A stretch of DNA of 64,000 bases from Spirochaetia bacterium (GTDB lineage: Bacteria > Spirochaetota > Spirochaetia > SP-2023): positions 1,440,001 to 1,504,000 of the forward strand of contig CBDDCK010000005.1 in the NCBI GenBank assembly GCA_965225855.1, given 5' to 3'. A model generated the notes under the pieces. That model was not told the origin of the DNA, did not search any database, and saw only the letters and a list, made by a program, of their open reading frames with translations. Within the stretch, counting starts at the first letter, position 1. Each line of letters opens with the position of its first letter. Below are positions 40,907-52,319 of this stretch, piece after piece. Position numbers and translations under genes: made by a program.

Positions 40907-43457
40907 TCAAACCAAGCTTAGTTCATCGGGTAAGTTACCTTATTTACCAATCTATGGGCCAGTACTTTATCCCTATACCAAAAATGATTTAGTTGTTGGA
41001 AAACCAGAATCCCGTTTTGCCATTGAGCGGGCTTTGGCAGAAGACCATAATATTTTACTTTGCTATAAAAGGGAAAAAGAAGATAGCGGGCATGTGCTGA
41101 AAGAATTAGCTCCCGTTGCAACTTTATGCCATATTAATAATTTTTTGCGTTATCCAGATAATTCAGTGCGCATATCGGTTGAAGGTGTTGCAACTGCAGA
41201 ATTGCTGGGCATACAGAATCATAATTCTAAAGTTCAAATGGCAAACTTTAAAATTAATAGTTCAGAGCATAGTCAAAAAATTAAGGACAAAAAGGCTTTT
41301 GCAACGATTTCTTTAGTTATTAAAGAAGCTTTTTCGGAATACGTGCGAGACAACAGCCAGCTGCCCCATAAACTGCTAAAATTAGTCAGCGATGCCCAAA
41401 CACCTTTAATGCTGATGTCGCTCATTTGCAGCAATGTAGAAATGCCTCGCAGTCAAAAGCTCTACTTTCTGGAACATCTAGGCTCTCTTCCGCATTTGGA
41501 AGAACTAGGCGTAACTTTAGGTATCGAAAAAGAAATTTCCCAAATTAAAGAAGGGCTCGGCAGGCGAGTCCGCCAACGTTTAGATCAACATCAAAGAGAA
41601 TTTATTCTGCAAGAGCAGATGAAAGAAATCCAGCGCGAGTTGGGCAATGAAGAAGATGACCCTACGGGTAGCCGAGAGCTGGATCGGCGCCTCCATAGCA
41701 AACATCTACCCCAAGGAGTTCAAGAAAAAGTACGCCGCGAATTAAAGCGTCTACAAAGTTTACAACCAGCTTCTCCTGAATCTGGTATTTTGCGTGCCTA
41801 TTTAGAATTGATAGATGAATTGCCATGGCATCAGCTTACTGAAGATCGCATTGACATAATGGGAGCTCAAGCTATTCTTGATAGTGAGCATTACGGCCTT
41901 GAAGATGCCAAGGAGCGAATTCTAGACTACCTTGCTGTTCGAGGTTTACAAGTAGGGCAGGAAAAACTAGATAAAACAGAACAAATCGAATATAGCGAAA
42001 CTTCCTTATATGGCAATGTCCAATCCAAAAATCGCTTGCGTGGGCCAATCTTGTGTTTAGTTGGGCCTCCTGGAACGGGTAAAACTTCGCTTGGCGCATC
42101 TATAGCCAAAACTTTAAACCGTAAATTTGTAAGGATCGCATTGGGGGGGCTGCATGACGAAGCGGAAATTCGGGGCCATCGGCGCACTTATGTTGGAGCT
42201 CTGCCGGGGAAAATAATCCAAGCTTTTCGCCGAGCCCAAACCTGTAATCCGGTAATTCTACTCGATGAAATTGACAAAGTTAGTGATAATTATATTCGTG
42301 GTAACCCTGCTTCTGCTTTGCTCGAAGTATTAGACCCCGAACAAAATCATTTGTTTACCGATCACTATTTGGAATTGCCTTATGATCTTTCTAGGGCTTT
42401 ATTCATTATGACCGCTAATAGTCTTGAAGAAATTAATTTACCTTTGCTCGACCGAATGGAAGTAATCGAAATCCCAGGCTATACGGTTTATGACAAATTA
42501 AATATTGCACATAAACATCTAATACCAAAGCAGTTAAAAGAGAATGGAATCACCGATAGCAGCCTAATCATACCAGATGCTATTCTCTGGCAGTTAATTA
42601 GTGAATACACTGTGGAATCTGGTGTGCGTACATTAGAGCGCGTAATAGCCAAATTGATTCGCAAATTGGTAAGAGCCTTTTTACGCGAACAAGAAACCCT
42701 TCCGGGATCTTATGCAAAGAATAGTGCTTTTTTACACTTAGGCCAAGAATTGAGCCGGATCGATGCCAATAGTCCAGACTCATGGCCCAACTTGTTAATA
42801 GGACACAAATGGGAAGTTACAGCCAACATGCTCAACGAATATCTGGGTATTCCGTTGGATGATCCTTGGGAACAATTACAAGAAAATCCCATCAAGGGTT
42901 TTGCTTTGGGGTTAGCTTGGACTGTAGCAGGGGGGCGTTTGCTTCCTGTGGAAGTGCTTCAAATACGGGGCTCTGGTTCTTTGACGCTCACCGGTAAATT
43001 GGGCGATGTAATGAAAGAAAGTGCCCAAATAGCGTATAGCTTAATCCAGCAATTATTTGAAACCTACAATATCCAGCATGAAAGTTTAAATAGCCAAGAT
43101 TTGCATATACACGTTCCGGGAGGAGCAATATCTAAAGACGGCCCTTCTGCAGGGATTACAATTGCCACGGCAATGTTGTCTGCACTTTCTGGTCGGCCCG
43201 TGCGTAAAGATGTCGCCATGACTGGGGAAGTTACATTGACCGATCAATTATTGTCTGTAGGCGGTATACGGGAAAAGGTTTTAGCCGCTCATCGTCAAGG
43301 TATTCGACAAGTGTTGTTGCCTAGAAAAAATAAACGGGATACAGAAAAACTACCACAACAAATTTTAGAAGTAATGGAATTTCATTACTTTCAATCTGTA
43401 ATTAAAGCCCTGCAATTTTTGTTACCGGAGCCAACCAATAATCCAGAATCTCAATAG
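40872..43457 (+). CDS. lon: Endopeptidase La
   Basis: LON N-domain, [23 protein letters not shown] catalytic motif. Confidence 0.96.
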   Translation: MKLKLNKNSPPNQTKLSSSGKLPYLPIYGPVLYPYTKNDLVVGKPESRFAIERALAEDHNILLCYKREKEDSGHVLKELAPVATLCHINNFLRYPDNSVRISVEGVATAELLGIQNHNSKVQMANFKINSSEHSQKIKDKKAFATISLVIKEAFSEYVRDNSQLPHKLLKLVSDAQTPLMLMSLICSNVEMPRSQKLYFLEHLGSLPHLEELGVTLGIEKEISQIKEGLGRRVRQRLDQHQREFILQEQMKEIQRELGNEEDDPTGSRELDRRLHSKHLPQGVQEKVRRELKRLQSLQPASPESGILRAYLELIDELPWHQLTEDRIDIMGAQAILDSEHYGLEDAKERILDYLAVRGLQVGQEKLDKTEQIEYSETSLYGNVQSKNRLRGPILCLVGPPGTGKTSLGASIAKTLNRKFVRIALGGLHDEAEIRGHRRTYVGALPGKIIQAFRRAQTCNPVILLDEIDKVSDNYIRGNPASALLEVLDPEQNHLFTDHYLELPYDLSRALFIMTANSLEEINLPLLDRMEVIEIPGYTVYDKLNIAHKHLIPKQLKENGITDSSLIIPDAILWQLISEYTVESGVRTLERVIAKLIRKLVRAFLREQETLPGSYAKNSAFLHLGQELSRIDANSPDSWPNLLIGHKWEVTANMLNEYLGIPLDDPWEQLQENPIKGFALGLAWTVAGGRLLPVEVLQIRGSGSLTLTGKLGDVMKESAQIAYSLIQQLFETYNIQHESLNSQDLHIHVPGGAISKDGPSAGITIATAMLSALSGRPVRKDVAMTGEVTLTDQLLSVGGIREKVLAAHRQGIRQVLLPRKNKRDTEKLPQQILEVMEFHYFQSVIKALQFLLPEPTNNPESQ

Positions 43458-43933
43458 TCGTCTATAATTCGGCTAGACTAGATCATCTAAATATATTATT
43501 TGGTAATGAAAGGTCTCATCTCTTGAAGGATTGTAAGGGGGCATGAAGAATTAAATGTGGGGTATTTGAGGAAATTGTTGAGTTATAGCCTGTTTATGTG
43601 GCTCTCAGAGGGTGCTTGACGGGGTTTTGAATTTGAAATTAATGGCAACTTTTTGCTATTTTCTAGTATAATTTACAATAAAAGTTGCAGGTTTTCAAAG
43701 TGATTTTTTGTTGTTTTTTGAAGGTGCGCCGGTTTTTACCTGCGTTTTTTTGTGTCTTTTTGGGTTGGTTATTTATTGGTGATGATAAAATGTTCTAGTG
43801 ATGCTAGTTAGTATGGCTTGGCCTTGGTGGCGTTCGTGGACGGTTCAAATTTTTTGTTGTGAGCCAAGCACTTGCCTTTATTTTTAATTACCATTATATT
43901 GACCCAATACAAATCAACTAAGGAGATAATCCA

Positions 43934-44047
43934 ATGGATAATTTAGGCGAAGTAAAAGAGATTCTAAAACAGTTGAGCTTATCTCAAGCCCGATCGCAAT
44001 CAAAATCCGAGAAAGAAACCAATATTGAGAAACAGCCTAGTCCATAA
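43934..44047 (+). CDS. Small 37-aa ORF, possibly the N-terminal relic of a coiled-coil protein
   Basis: AAGGAG RBS then MDNLGEVKEILKQLSLSQARSQSKSEKETNIEKQPSP; the stop is supplied by the palindromic repeat at 44041. Confidence 0.35.
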   Translation: MDNLGEVKEILKQLSLSQARSQSKSEKETNIEKQPSP

Positions 44048-44100
44048 CTATGGACCGACCTAATCCATAGTTATGGACTTGCTCAATTCATAACTATGAA
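44039..44100. repeat. Three 14-bp palindromic boxes at 23-bp period
   Basis: TCCATAACTATGGA (44041), TCCATAGTTATGGA (44064), TTCATAACTATGAA (44087). Confidence 0.8.
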
Positions 44101-44432
44101 ACTACAGCAGAACAAAGATAAAATAATTTAGAGCAAATCTTGTAAATCTCTGTTCCTACATTATCTCTAAGCTGGTCCAGAATAACCTTTGCTGTTTGGC
44201 TGTATCTACAATTTATTTCGGTTTGTACAAAGTCAAGCGAAAATATAAAATAGCTGGTACATTAGCAGGAAAATTCTGTATTATCTAACCCTTAGTGCTT
44301 ATTGACGTGTTTGCCTTGAAGTAATGCCGCGGGAAGCTTAAAAATACCACTTTGTGGCTTATTGAGCTTGGCACAATCAACTCCTATTGCCAAAATGGTG
44401 TAATTAATTATCCCTTTAGTTAAAGAAAGATT

Positions 44433-45446
44433 ATGAAAGTATCTATAGTTGGAATCAGCGGTGCTGTTGGCACTACCTTGCTACAACTTTTTGAGAGCCA
44501 TAGTACAGAAACAGAACTACAGCTTTATGGTTCGGCCAAATCTGCGGGCCAAACACTCAACTATAAAGGTCAGCAGCTACCAATCCTTGAATTTCAATTT
44601 GAAGCCGTGGCCAACACAGATATAGCTTTTTTATGCGTGTCGGATGAATTTTCCAAACAATATGCCCGCAAGCTGGCACAACACTGCATTGTAATAGACA
44701 GCTCTTCGGCTCTGCGTTATGAAGCCGATGTACCGTTAATAATCCCCGCTATCAATGACCACCACTACCAAAAACAAAAGCTCATTGCCAACCCTAACTG
44801 CTCCAGTACTATAGCACTCATGGCACTAGCTCCCCTAGAAGCGCATATTGGTTTGCAGCACGTGCAACTAACAACATACCAAGCATCCAGTGGTGCCGGC
44901 GCCCCTGCCATAGAGGAACTAAAGCAGAAGGTACAGAAGTTTACAACCTATGGTGATGATAAGCATAGTGTATTTTTCCATCACAACTTAGCCTACAATG
45001 TAATCCCCCAGATTGACAATTTTTTAGATAACGGCTACACTAGAGAAGAAATGAAAGCCACTTGGGAATTGCGCAAGATTCTAGGACAATCAGAGCTTCC
45101 GGTGGCGGCAACTTGCGTTCGTGTCCCCACCCTGCGCTCGCATTCACTGGCTGTTAGCGTCAAACTGCAGCGTGAAGTAGAGCTAGCCCAGGTACGAACA
45201 TTGTGGCAACAAATGCCCGGCTTAAAAATCGTAGATCAACCAAACAGTAAATGCTACCCTATGCCTCTATCCAGTACTATGTGCTATGATGTGGAAGTAG
45301 GCCGCTTACGTTATAGTCTTATCTACGGCAAAAGCGGTTTAGATTTCTTTGTTTCTGGTGACCAATTGTTGCGTGGGGCAGCCCTTAACGCCTATGAAAT
45401 ATTCTGTTTAACCCAAAATAAAGCATTCCCTAAATCACTTACTTAA
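44433..45446 (+). CDS. asd: Aspartate-semialdehyde dehydrogenase
   Basis: GISGAVG, ANPNCS, TYQASSGAG, TCVRVPTLRSHS, DQLLRGAALNA. Confidence 0.95.
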   Translation: MKVSIVGISGAVGTTLLQLFESHSTETELQLYGSAKSAGQTLNYKGQQLPILEFQFEAVANTDIAFLCVSDEFSKQYARKLAQHCIVIDSSSALRYEADVPLIIPAINDHHYQKQKLIANPNCSSTIALMALAPLEAHIGLQHVQLTTYQASSGAGAPAIEELKQKVQKFTTYGDDKHSVFFHHNLAYNVIPQIDNFLDNGYTREEMKATWELRKILGQSELPVAATCVRVPTLRSHSLAVSVKLQREVELAQVRTLWQQMPGLKIVDQPNSKCYPMPLSSTMCYDVEVGRLRYSLIYGKSGLDFFVSGDQLLRGAALNAYEIFCLTQNKAFPKSLT

Positions 45447-45591
45447 ATAATAGCCACAACCGTGACTAGAATCAAATATCGGCGAGGTTTGATTTGTGGC
45501 TAGTGAAGTATCGCAAGCGCGATTTGCGCGATTGCAATAACAAATCGCTAACTTACCCTCTTTAGAACTACGGCGGGACAATGCTTGCCCA

Positions 45592-46041
45592 TTGGCCCAA
45601 ACCTACAAAGCCCAGCAGCCCCAAGCTCAATTATTTAATGCAATCTTGCTCGATGCCCCTTGTTCCTCGGAACGGTATCTACTACAACAATCCCAAATCA
45701 AGCCGAAAGTTCGTCAACAATGCAGCGTCTCTCGCAGCAAACACCACGCGCAAACACCGCTCGCTTGTTTGTGTAGTGCCTTGGATTGCATTGCTTCAGG
45801 GGGCTATTTACTTTATGATACCTGTGCTTTATCGCCGATGAAAAATGCTATAGTAGTGGCAAAAGCACTCAAAAAACGGCGACATTTAAACATTGTTGCC
45901 GTTGCAATTGCCCTCGAAAACTACCGCAATTGGGTTTTAGAACCACAATATAGCCAGCAAATCCCCTTGGGTTACAGCCCGTTGCCAAACTACAACAACG
46001 GCAGTAGCCACCTATATTTTTGCCTATTGCAAAAAAATTAG
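45592..46041 (+). pseudogene. C-terminal fragment of an RsmB/NOP family RNA m5C methyltransferase
   Basis: ILLDAPCSSER and LLYDTCALSPMKN (cf. YSTCxxxPxEN); the SAM-binding N-terminal half is missing. Confidence 0.7.
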
Positions 46042-46217
46042 CCACTAAATATATACGATTCTATAGACATTGATAGAAATATTTGCTATTATCTATCACT
46101 ATAATATTGGCTCTACTATTATGAATGTTTCCTGAATCGTCTATGGTATTGAATCTGGCTATCGCTGATAATTTGATTATTTTTCTATTGTTTTTGAATC
46201 GGAGAATACCAATACTT

Positions 46218-47204
46218 ATGCGTCATTACGTAAAGAAATGCTTACCACCTGCCTTATTACAAGCCCTACAACAATATAAAGGCCAGCAGAGAACCATAGA
46301 ACAAGGACAAGAACAACCCGTATTAGTGCAGCATTTATTTAGGGAAAATATTGGGCAAACCCCACATACCTTGGCCTTTGCTCGCTACAATATTGCTTAC
46401 TATTACCGTATATTTGCCGGACATTTCATCAAAGCACAACACTTATACCGCTATTTTAGTGCAGAAACTTTGTCGGCAATCGCCACGCAAAGCACAGAGA
46501 TAGTACATGCAAAGCTGCGAGCAAAATCTTTTGGAGCGCAACATTTTTATTTGCGAATCAGCAATATCGCGGTTATGCCTTTGCCAGATAAAGATGCTAT
46601 CGTGGAGAAATTCACCGGTATACACGGCAACACAATCCGCAAAGCCCGTAAAAATGGTTACCACGTATCGGCGATAGCCTACGATGATCACTTAGATGAT
46701 ATTTACGATATAAACCGATCGAAGAGCCAACGCCAAGGGAGACCGATGAGCCAAGACTATTTGGAATATCCCGAAAAGCGCACAGAGCCACTGGCCAAAG
46801 CGGGGATAGTCTACCATTCATTTGGTTGTTTTGATGGCGACAATGTGCTGCGTGCCTACCTAAGCTACTTTAGATTGGGCAACATTCTGCGCATTGATCG
46901 GGTGCTAGGCCATGGCGATCATCTGTGCTATGGCATTATGAATTTGTTGTTTGCCCAGTCTTCCGTACTATTAGCTGCACAATACCCTAGCCATTATTTA
47001 AGCTATTTAACCATGAATAACATAGGGGATTTTAAAGCACGTCTGGGCTTTATACCTTACAATGTTCTGCTATTGATACCATCATTCAGCGATAGGCCAG
47101 AACTTATGCGCTTATTCAAAGAAGTAAAGAAAGCGAAAACTAAAGACTTACGCGGTGATTGGCTTTCCCGTTATTTACGAAAGGAGAATTTACTATCAAA
47201 GTGA
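46218..47204 (+). CDS. GNAT/FemAB-like fold hypothetical protein
   Basis: IRKARKNGY, INRSK..RQGRPM, LGHGDHL.YGIM, FKARLGF; likely start ATG 46218. Confidence 0.55.
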   Translation: MRHYVKKCLPPALLQALQQYKGQQRTIEQGQEQPVLVQHLFRENIGQTPHTLAFARYNIAYYYRIFAGHFIKAQHLYRYFSAETLSAIATQSTEIVHAKLRAKSFGAQHFYLRISNIAVMPLPDKDAIVEKFTGIHGNTIRKARKNGYHVSAIAYDDHLDDIYDINRSKSQRQGRPMSQDYLEYPEKRTEPLAKAGIVYHSFGCFDGDNVLRAYLSYFRLGNILRIDRVLGHGDHLCYGIMNLLFAQSSVLLAAQYPSHYLSYLTMNNIGDFKARLGFIPYNVLLLIPSFSDRPELMRLFKEVKKAKTKDLRGDWLSRYLRKENLLSK

Positions 47205-48019
47205 TCAAATTTATTTTAAAGTGCCTTGGTGCTAAATTATTGAAGAAAGGTATAGAGATAATCTACCATCGCTTTATGCAAGGCTACAACTACCGCTTGC
47301 GTTTAACGCATGATCGAGAATACTTTGCTGCCGAGAGTTTTCACCATTGGAATCAATCTACCGATGTCCAAAGGACGGGCAAAAAGTTTGATGCAACCGA
47401 AGATAGGGAATTAAACCGGCGTTCTTTGGAATTGATCACAGAGATTTTGGCACCATTCCTCACTAACAAAGGGGGTGAAGAATATAAGATACTAGATTAT
47501 GGCTGTGGCTTAGGCAATGCCGTAGCCCACTATCAACAACAAGGCTTTGATATAATCGGGGCAGAAATGAGCCAGGCTCTGCGCCAGCATGCAATGGAAC
47601 ATTATCAAATACATACTATACCACCCAAACAATTATTTAGCGAACATCGGGGGCAGTTTCATTTAATTTTCACCCAAAGTTTGCTGCAGTACATACACCC
47701 TGCCAGCATATTGCAGTTTCACAATCAGCTATATTGTTGTTTGGCACCGGATGGCAAGATTGTGCATATCAGTTGCCCTTCCTTTAATAAACGCCATTTG
47801 TGGATTGGTCATGGCCAGCACAAATTGGCCCAAACCGCCGCCTTACCGTTGTACAGTACCAATCCTCCAAGCTTTTTTATCCGCGAAAGCCAGTTGCAAG
47901 ACGTGGCTTTACAGCTTGGGTTACAGTTTGAAACGCTAGTCCAGCCGGCTTGGTACCAACGCTACCACCCAGACAAACAAGAATGGTATCGTTCAAATTT
48001 CTTGCTATATAAACCCTAG
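47201..48019 (+). CDS. Class I SAM-dependent methyltransferase
   Basis: ILDYGCGLG, GAEMS, LAPDG; GTG 47201 overlapping the upstream stop is the likely start. Confidence 0.85.
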   Translation: MIKFILKCLGAKLLKKGIEIIYHRFMQGYNYRLRLTHDREYFAAESFHHWNQSTDVQRTGKKFDATEDRELNRRSLELITEILAPFLTNKGGEEYKILDYGCGLGNAVAHYQQQGFDIIGAEMSQALRQHAMEHYQIHTIPPKQLFSEHRGQFHLIFTQSLLQYIHPASILQFHNQLYCCLAPDGKIVHISCPSFNKRHLWIGHGQHKLAQTAALPLYSTNPPSFFIRESQLQDVALQLGLQFETLVQPAWYQRYHPDKQEWYRSNFLLYKP

Positions 48020-48053
48020 CAAGCAATAGACCCCATTTACATTTTTAGCTATA

Positions 48054-49499
48054 TTGCCCCAGGTGAACTTTAAAGATCGAATATGTGCCCCTTGGCACGA
48101 ACGCATTCACGAACAAACTATCCTATGGCGTGGAGGTCTTCACGGCTTTGAACGAGAGCTTTTCCGCCTAGAAGCCGCAACGGGTCTACCAAGCAAAACC
48201 ACCCATGATCAACTATTTTCAGAATCAAAGCAAAGCAAACAAATTGAACATTTTCGGGGTAGCAACGCTGAAAAATCTCGCTTGCGGGAGTTACTACCCC
48301 GCGCTTTAACTTTGGATTTCAGCGATCAACAGATTGAATTAATTGGCCAACCCCATGCACAAATTGCCAATGCCGAGGCGGATATTGCTTTATTACTGCG
48401 TTTTGTCGCAGGAGAATTAGAACGCCAACAAACGAAAGAGCTGCTATGGGCTTTTTCTCAACCGCCGCTATTTAGTGCAGAAGCACTTGCAGCCGTGCGG
48501 CTGGCTAGCTTTGGTATGGCAGAAGATGCCGAGCATAAAGAACAATATCGTAAGGAGCTACTTTTTCGCTACGGCCGTGCTAAGCAAAGCTGGACGGGCG
48601 TACATTATAATTTTTCCCTAGAGCCGTATTTATTTAAGGATTTAGAGATTTCCCCTTGTAAGACTTACGTCCATTTAGCACGCAACTTATGGCGCAACCT
48701 TTGGCTATTAGAGTTGCTATATGGTTGTACCCCTAGCCTACCAGCTTTTTATGTAGAACAAATCCAAAAGCATTTTGCCAAGGGCGGGAAATCTTTAGCA
48801 GCACCGTCGCCCAATGCCTTTTCTCTGCGTTCAGACGTAAACTATGGCTACCGCTCACCAGAACAACAGCAGCAATACTTAGACTACTCACACCCGTGTG
48901 CTTATTGGCAGAGCATTGAGTATATTGCTACCGTACCTAGCCCATTCTTTGGCAAACTGGGTTTATCGAATACCAATATCATTCAAGACTCTCGTGAGCT
49001 TTATGTCCCGTTTCGCTTAAAGCAACTTCACTGCCACGGCGATGAATGCTGGGATAAAGAAACTGGCTTAGCCGATTATATTGAGCTTCGCATCCTCGAT
49101 ATTGACCCATTCTATAGTGAAGCCAACTATAGTGGTATTTACCTACCAAGTATTTATTTAAGCCACTTGCTATTACTTCATTCGGCCCTTTTGGAAGCCC
49201 CAGCCCTAGGTAGGGAAGAATTGTTACGCTGTACCAAACGCGAGCAATACGTAGCTAGCCAAGGGAAGATACTTTCTAAGCAGCTAGAAATAGAGGCTCA
49301 TATATTGCTAGATGAATTGGGCGAAATTTGTAATTTATTAGGTTTTCCACCAATATATAGTGAGGCCGTGCAAAATGCAGAAAAAATACTTAAAGAACGC
49401 TGCTTTCGGGCGGTAGAGTTTAGCAATAAGTTCACTATGGAAGCTAAGGTCTTACAAGCACATAGCCAAGATTGGACAGATTTTTTATTGCGAAGGTGA
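48054..49499 (+). CDS. gshA: Glutamate--cysteine ligase (GshA / N-terminal half of GshF)
   Basis: GFERELFR, TLDFSDQQIEL, YG..KQ..TGVHYNFS, SLRS..YGY, YIELRILDIDPF. Confidence 0.85.
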   Translation: MPQVNFKDRICAPWHERIHEQTILWRGGLHGFERELFRLEAATGLPSKTTHDQLFSESKQSKQIEHFRGSNAEKSRLRELLPRALTLDFSDQQIELIGQPHAQIANAEADIALLLRFVAGELERQQTKELLWAFSQPPLFSAEALAAVRLASFGMAEDAEHKEQYRKELLFRYGRAKQSWTGVHYNFSLEPYLFKDLEISPCKTYVHLARNLWRNLWLLELLYGCTPSLPAFYVEQIQKHFAKGGKSLAAPSPNAFSLRSDVNYGYRSPEQQQQYLDYSHPCAYWQSIEYIATVPSPFFGKLGLSNTNIIQDSRELYVPFRLKQLHCHGDECWDKETGLADYIELRILDIDPFYSEANYSGIYLPSIYLSHLLLLHSALLEAPALGREELLRCTKREQYVASQGKILSKQLEIEAHILLDELGEICNLLGFPPIYSEAVQNAEKILKERCFRAVEFSNKFTMEAKVLQAHSQDWTDFLLRR

Positions 49500-49504
49500 T
49501 TGAT

Positions 49505-50575
49505 ATGGAAACAAGATTCCCTTTTGGTTTGGAAGGCCATCGAGACTTAGAATTATCTACACAAGTACTATTAAAAGCGGCAATAGAGCATGGTTTACAA
49601 TTTGAAGTACTCGATCGAAGCAGTAATACTGTACGTTTAGACGATAATAAAGGCCGTAACGAAATAGTAATACAGGCCACAAAAACCAGCAAAGATAGTT
49701 ACCTTTGTGCAGAAATTATGAGCTTAAAGAATGTAACAAAAGTTCTATTAAGTGAGGCAGGTTTGCCCATAGCCCAAGGCCAAAACTACCAAGGCCAACA
49801 GGGGCAGAAGCAAGCTTTACAAGATTTGGCTAATTCTATTACTGGCTTAGATGGGCCTTTTGCAAATTGCTTTAAAGGGTCTTTAGGTTGTATCGTTAAG
49901 CCTAATTCAACCAACTATGGCTTGGGTATCAGTCGGCTAGATAGCCAATGTACTAAGCAGGATTGTCAGCATGCTTTGGAGCAGGCTTTTAACTATGATA
50001 CTAACGTGTTAGTGGAAGAATTTATCCCTGGTAAGGAGTACCGTTTTTTGGTAATTGGCGGCAAACTACAGGCAGTGGCCCACCGAATGCCTGCTAATAT
50101 TACGGGAGATGGCCATAGCCATATTGCCGAGTTAGTCCAACAAAAAAACCAAGACCCTTGGCGCATAGGTGCGCAAGGTGGGCATATTAGTCCACTGGAA
50201 ACTATTGAGATAAACTCTACTGAGCTAGCCGTCCTTAAGGAACAAGGCCTAACGCCGAATAGTGTATTATCGGCAGGGCAACAGGTCTTTTTACGCCACA
50301 ATTCCAACATTAGCACTGGTGGAGATAGCTTGGATATAACGGACAAAGTACATACTAGCTATAGCCAATTAGCCGAGGCTTGCGCCCATACATTAGGGGC
50401 CAAAATCTGTGGCATAGACGTTATTAGCAAAGACATCACAGCCAACCCAATAAATACAATTCATGCGGTTATTGAAGCAAACTTTAACCCGGTATTATAT
50501 ATCCATGAGTATCCTGCTATAGGGCAGCCACGCCCTGTAGCTAAGGCAGTTACGGCCCTACTATTTGACAGATAG
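49505..50575 (+). CDS. ATP-grasp protein homologous to the C-terminal glutathione-synthetase domain of GshF/GshAB
   Basis: LELSTQVLL, IVKPNSTNYGLGI, EEFIPGKEYRFLVIG, PANITGDG, NSNISTGGDS, IEANFNP. Confidence 0.85.
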   Translation: METRFPFGLEGHRDLELSTQVLLKAAIEHGLQFEVLDRSSNTVRLDDNKGRNEIVIQATKTSKDSYLCAEIMSLKNVTKVLLSEAGLPIAQGQNYQGQQGQKQALQDLANSITGLDGPFANCFKGSLGCIVKPNSTNYGLGISRLDSQCTKQDCQHALEQAFNYDTNVLVEEFIPGKEYRFLVIGGKLQAVAHRMPANITGDGHSHIAELVQQKNQDPWRIGAQGGHISPLETIEINSTELAVLKEQGLTPNSVLSAGQQVFLRHNSNISTGGDSLDITDKVHTSYSQLAEACAHTLGAKICGIDVISKDITANPINTIHAVIEANFNPVLYIHEYPAIGQPRPVAKAVTALLFDR

Positions 50576-50614
50576 GCCCTATCTATAAATCAATCAACAT
50601 AAAAACCTAATTCT

Positions 50615-51481
50615 CTAAAGGTCTTTTCTATTGGAATAATGGGAATCTACTGGTACTGTCCCCATCGGGTTTAAACGCAAAGGATTATTTCCAATGTGCA
50701 TAATGCTTTTATAGTAATGCTCTTTATAGATAGCAATATCTACCGTACTGCTAAGAGCTGGAATAGATAGCATTTGCTTTAGATACTTAGATAAAGCAGG
50801 ATAGTCTCTTATTAAACGATAACTACATTTAAAGAGCGGAAAATAGATTTCATCAAAACGCACTAAAGTGGCAAATAGATACAAATCACTCTCGGTCAAT
50901 GAATCTCCAAACAAGTACATCTGCTGGCTCAAGCGGGCTTCCATCTCATCTAAAGACAAGAAGAGCTTTTTTACTTTAGCTTTGTAATCTGCTTGCTCTG
51001 TGGCAAAACCAACCAAATAAACCGCCCGATTGATATGATTGTGGAGCCATTCATTTAGTTTATCTATCTCCATAGCGAAAGCTTCTGGATACAAATTCAT
51101 AGGCACATCATAAGTGCCATTCATACCCCGAACAAAAAAATGCGTTATATCCGTAGAGCTAGTAGACAATATTTGCGGTGCCGACAAATCAATCAAAAGC
51201 GGCACAGAAGGGCGATATTCGGTTGCAGAGTCTAAGCGTTTATAAACCGCAGATAAGTACGTTTCATTAAAAGCAGGTTCATCACTCGGCTCTATCGCCC
51301 AACCCTCTATATTCTTGATATTGTTCATCCGCGTGTAGCTTAGCTTATCCTCTAGGCCAAGCAATGAAAGCGTTGCCAACACGCGATGACAAAAAGGGCA
51401 AGCAGATGCAATATAAAGGTGCAAATTAGAATCCTTGCTAAATGTGGGGAACACAGTTCCTCGATTGCTATTATTATTCAT
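50615..51481 (-). CDS. Glutathione S-transferase omega-like / glutathionyl-hydroquinone reductase (YqjG/ECM4-like)
   Basis: LYIASACPFCHR, SVPLL, VYLVGFATEQ..Y, TESDLYLFATLVRFD, HYYKS. Confidence 0.85.
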   Translation of the reverse strand: MNNNSNRGTVFPTFSKDSNLHLYIASACPFCHRVLATLSLLGLEDKLSYTRMNNIKNIEGWAIEPSDEPAFNETYLSAVYKRLDSATEYRPSVPLLIDLSAPQILSTSSTDITHFFVRGMNGTYDVPMNLYPEAFAMEIDKLNEWLHNHINRAVYLVGFATEQADYKAKVKKLFLSLDEMEARLSQQMYLFGDSLTESDLYLFATLVRFDEIYFPLFKCSYRLIRDYPALSKYLKQMLSIPALSSTVDIAIYKEHYYKSIMHIGNNPLRLNPMGTVPVDSHYSNRKDL

Positions 51482-51551
51482 TGTTACCTTCCTTACCTTT
51501 TTGGTTAGGCTTAGTAGCCTTGGTTATTGGTTACCCTTTTATTACCTTTGA

Positions 51552-52286
51552 TTACTCTTGCTTGAGTTCTCTTTGTTGGCGCACAAACTTATCACCATTC
51601 CATTCAAACCAAAACTCTCGGATAAGTTTGCGATTTTCCCACCTAGATTCTGCCCAAGTCCAAGGCTCGGCACGAATACCATTGTCAACTGCCCATAACT
51701 GTACTGGCCGATTTTGCTCTGTAGAGAAATGCTGTTCAGGTGCTAGGAAATCATTATCCAGAGGTATAACCAAACCAAGCTCGGAAAAACCGTTGCCATC
51801 TCCTTCAATCTTAGTCAATTGGTAATCTGCAGAAAGGTCATAAAACGAAAAGGAATGAGAATGGCCATTAAACCCAGTAACAGAGGCATTTTCAATTAGA
51901 TAGCCTTCACTCTTTTTATATGCTTTTAACCGAACCCTATCGGTTTCATTGGCGCATAGCTGAATCCAAATATAATCGGCACCAGCTTGCTCAACAAACC
52001 AAAGGCCCGATTGCTCTGCAATCGTCAGCCCTGCGCACCTTGACTGGCGCGAATATACTGCTAAGTCGGAATCAATAAGCTTTTGCTTTCCATTTCGATA
52101 CATTTCATCAGAAGTTACTATTTCCGAAGCATCGACTGCTTTTAAGAATTGCAAAAGAATATCTTTTGTTGTTTCTTCTTTGGTTTCTAATGCCATAGAT
52201 TTAGAAACACAGGAAGTCGCTAAAGTAAGCCCTAAAACAATACTCCCCAAAATACCCAAAACACCAACCGTATTTCTCGTAAACAT
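51552..52286 (-). CDS. Hypothetical lipoprotein
   Basis: Signal peptide ending LATS-C; 244-aa ORF ending FEWNGDKF. Confidence 0.6.
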   Translation of the reverse strand: MFTRNTVGVLGILGSIVLGLTLATSCVSKSMALETKEETTKDILLQFLKAVDASEIVTSDEMYRNGKQKLIDSDLAVYSRQSRCAGLTIAEQSGLWFVEQAGADYIWIQLCANETDRVRLKAYKKSEGYLIENASVTGFNGHSHSFSFYDLSADYQLTKIEGDGNGFSELGLVIPLDNDFLAPEQHFSTEQNRPVQLWAVDNGIRAEPWTWAESRWENRKLIREFWFEWNGDKFVRQQRELKQE

Positions 52287-52319
52287 AAAATCAATCGAAA
52301 CCCATACAATAATACTAGC

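Noticed and set aside
44200..44432. Lysine riboswitch or leader upstream of asd
   Set aside because: Conserved riboswitch motifs could not be identified by eye; an Infernal/Rfam scan would be needed.
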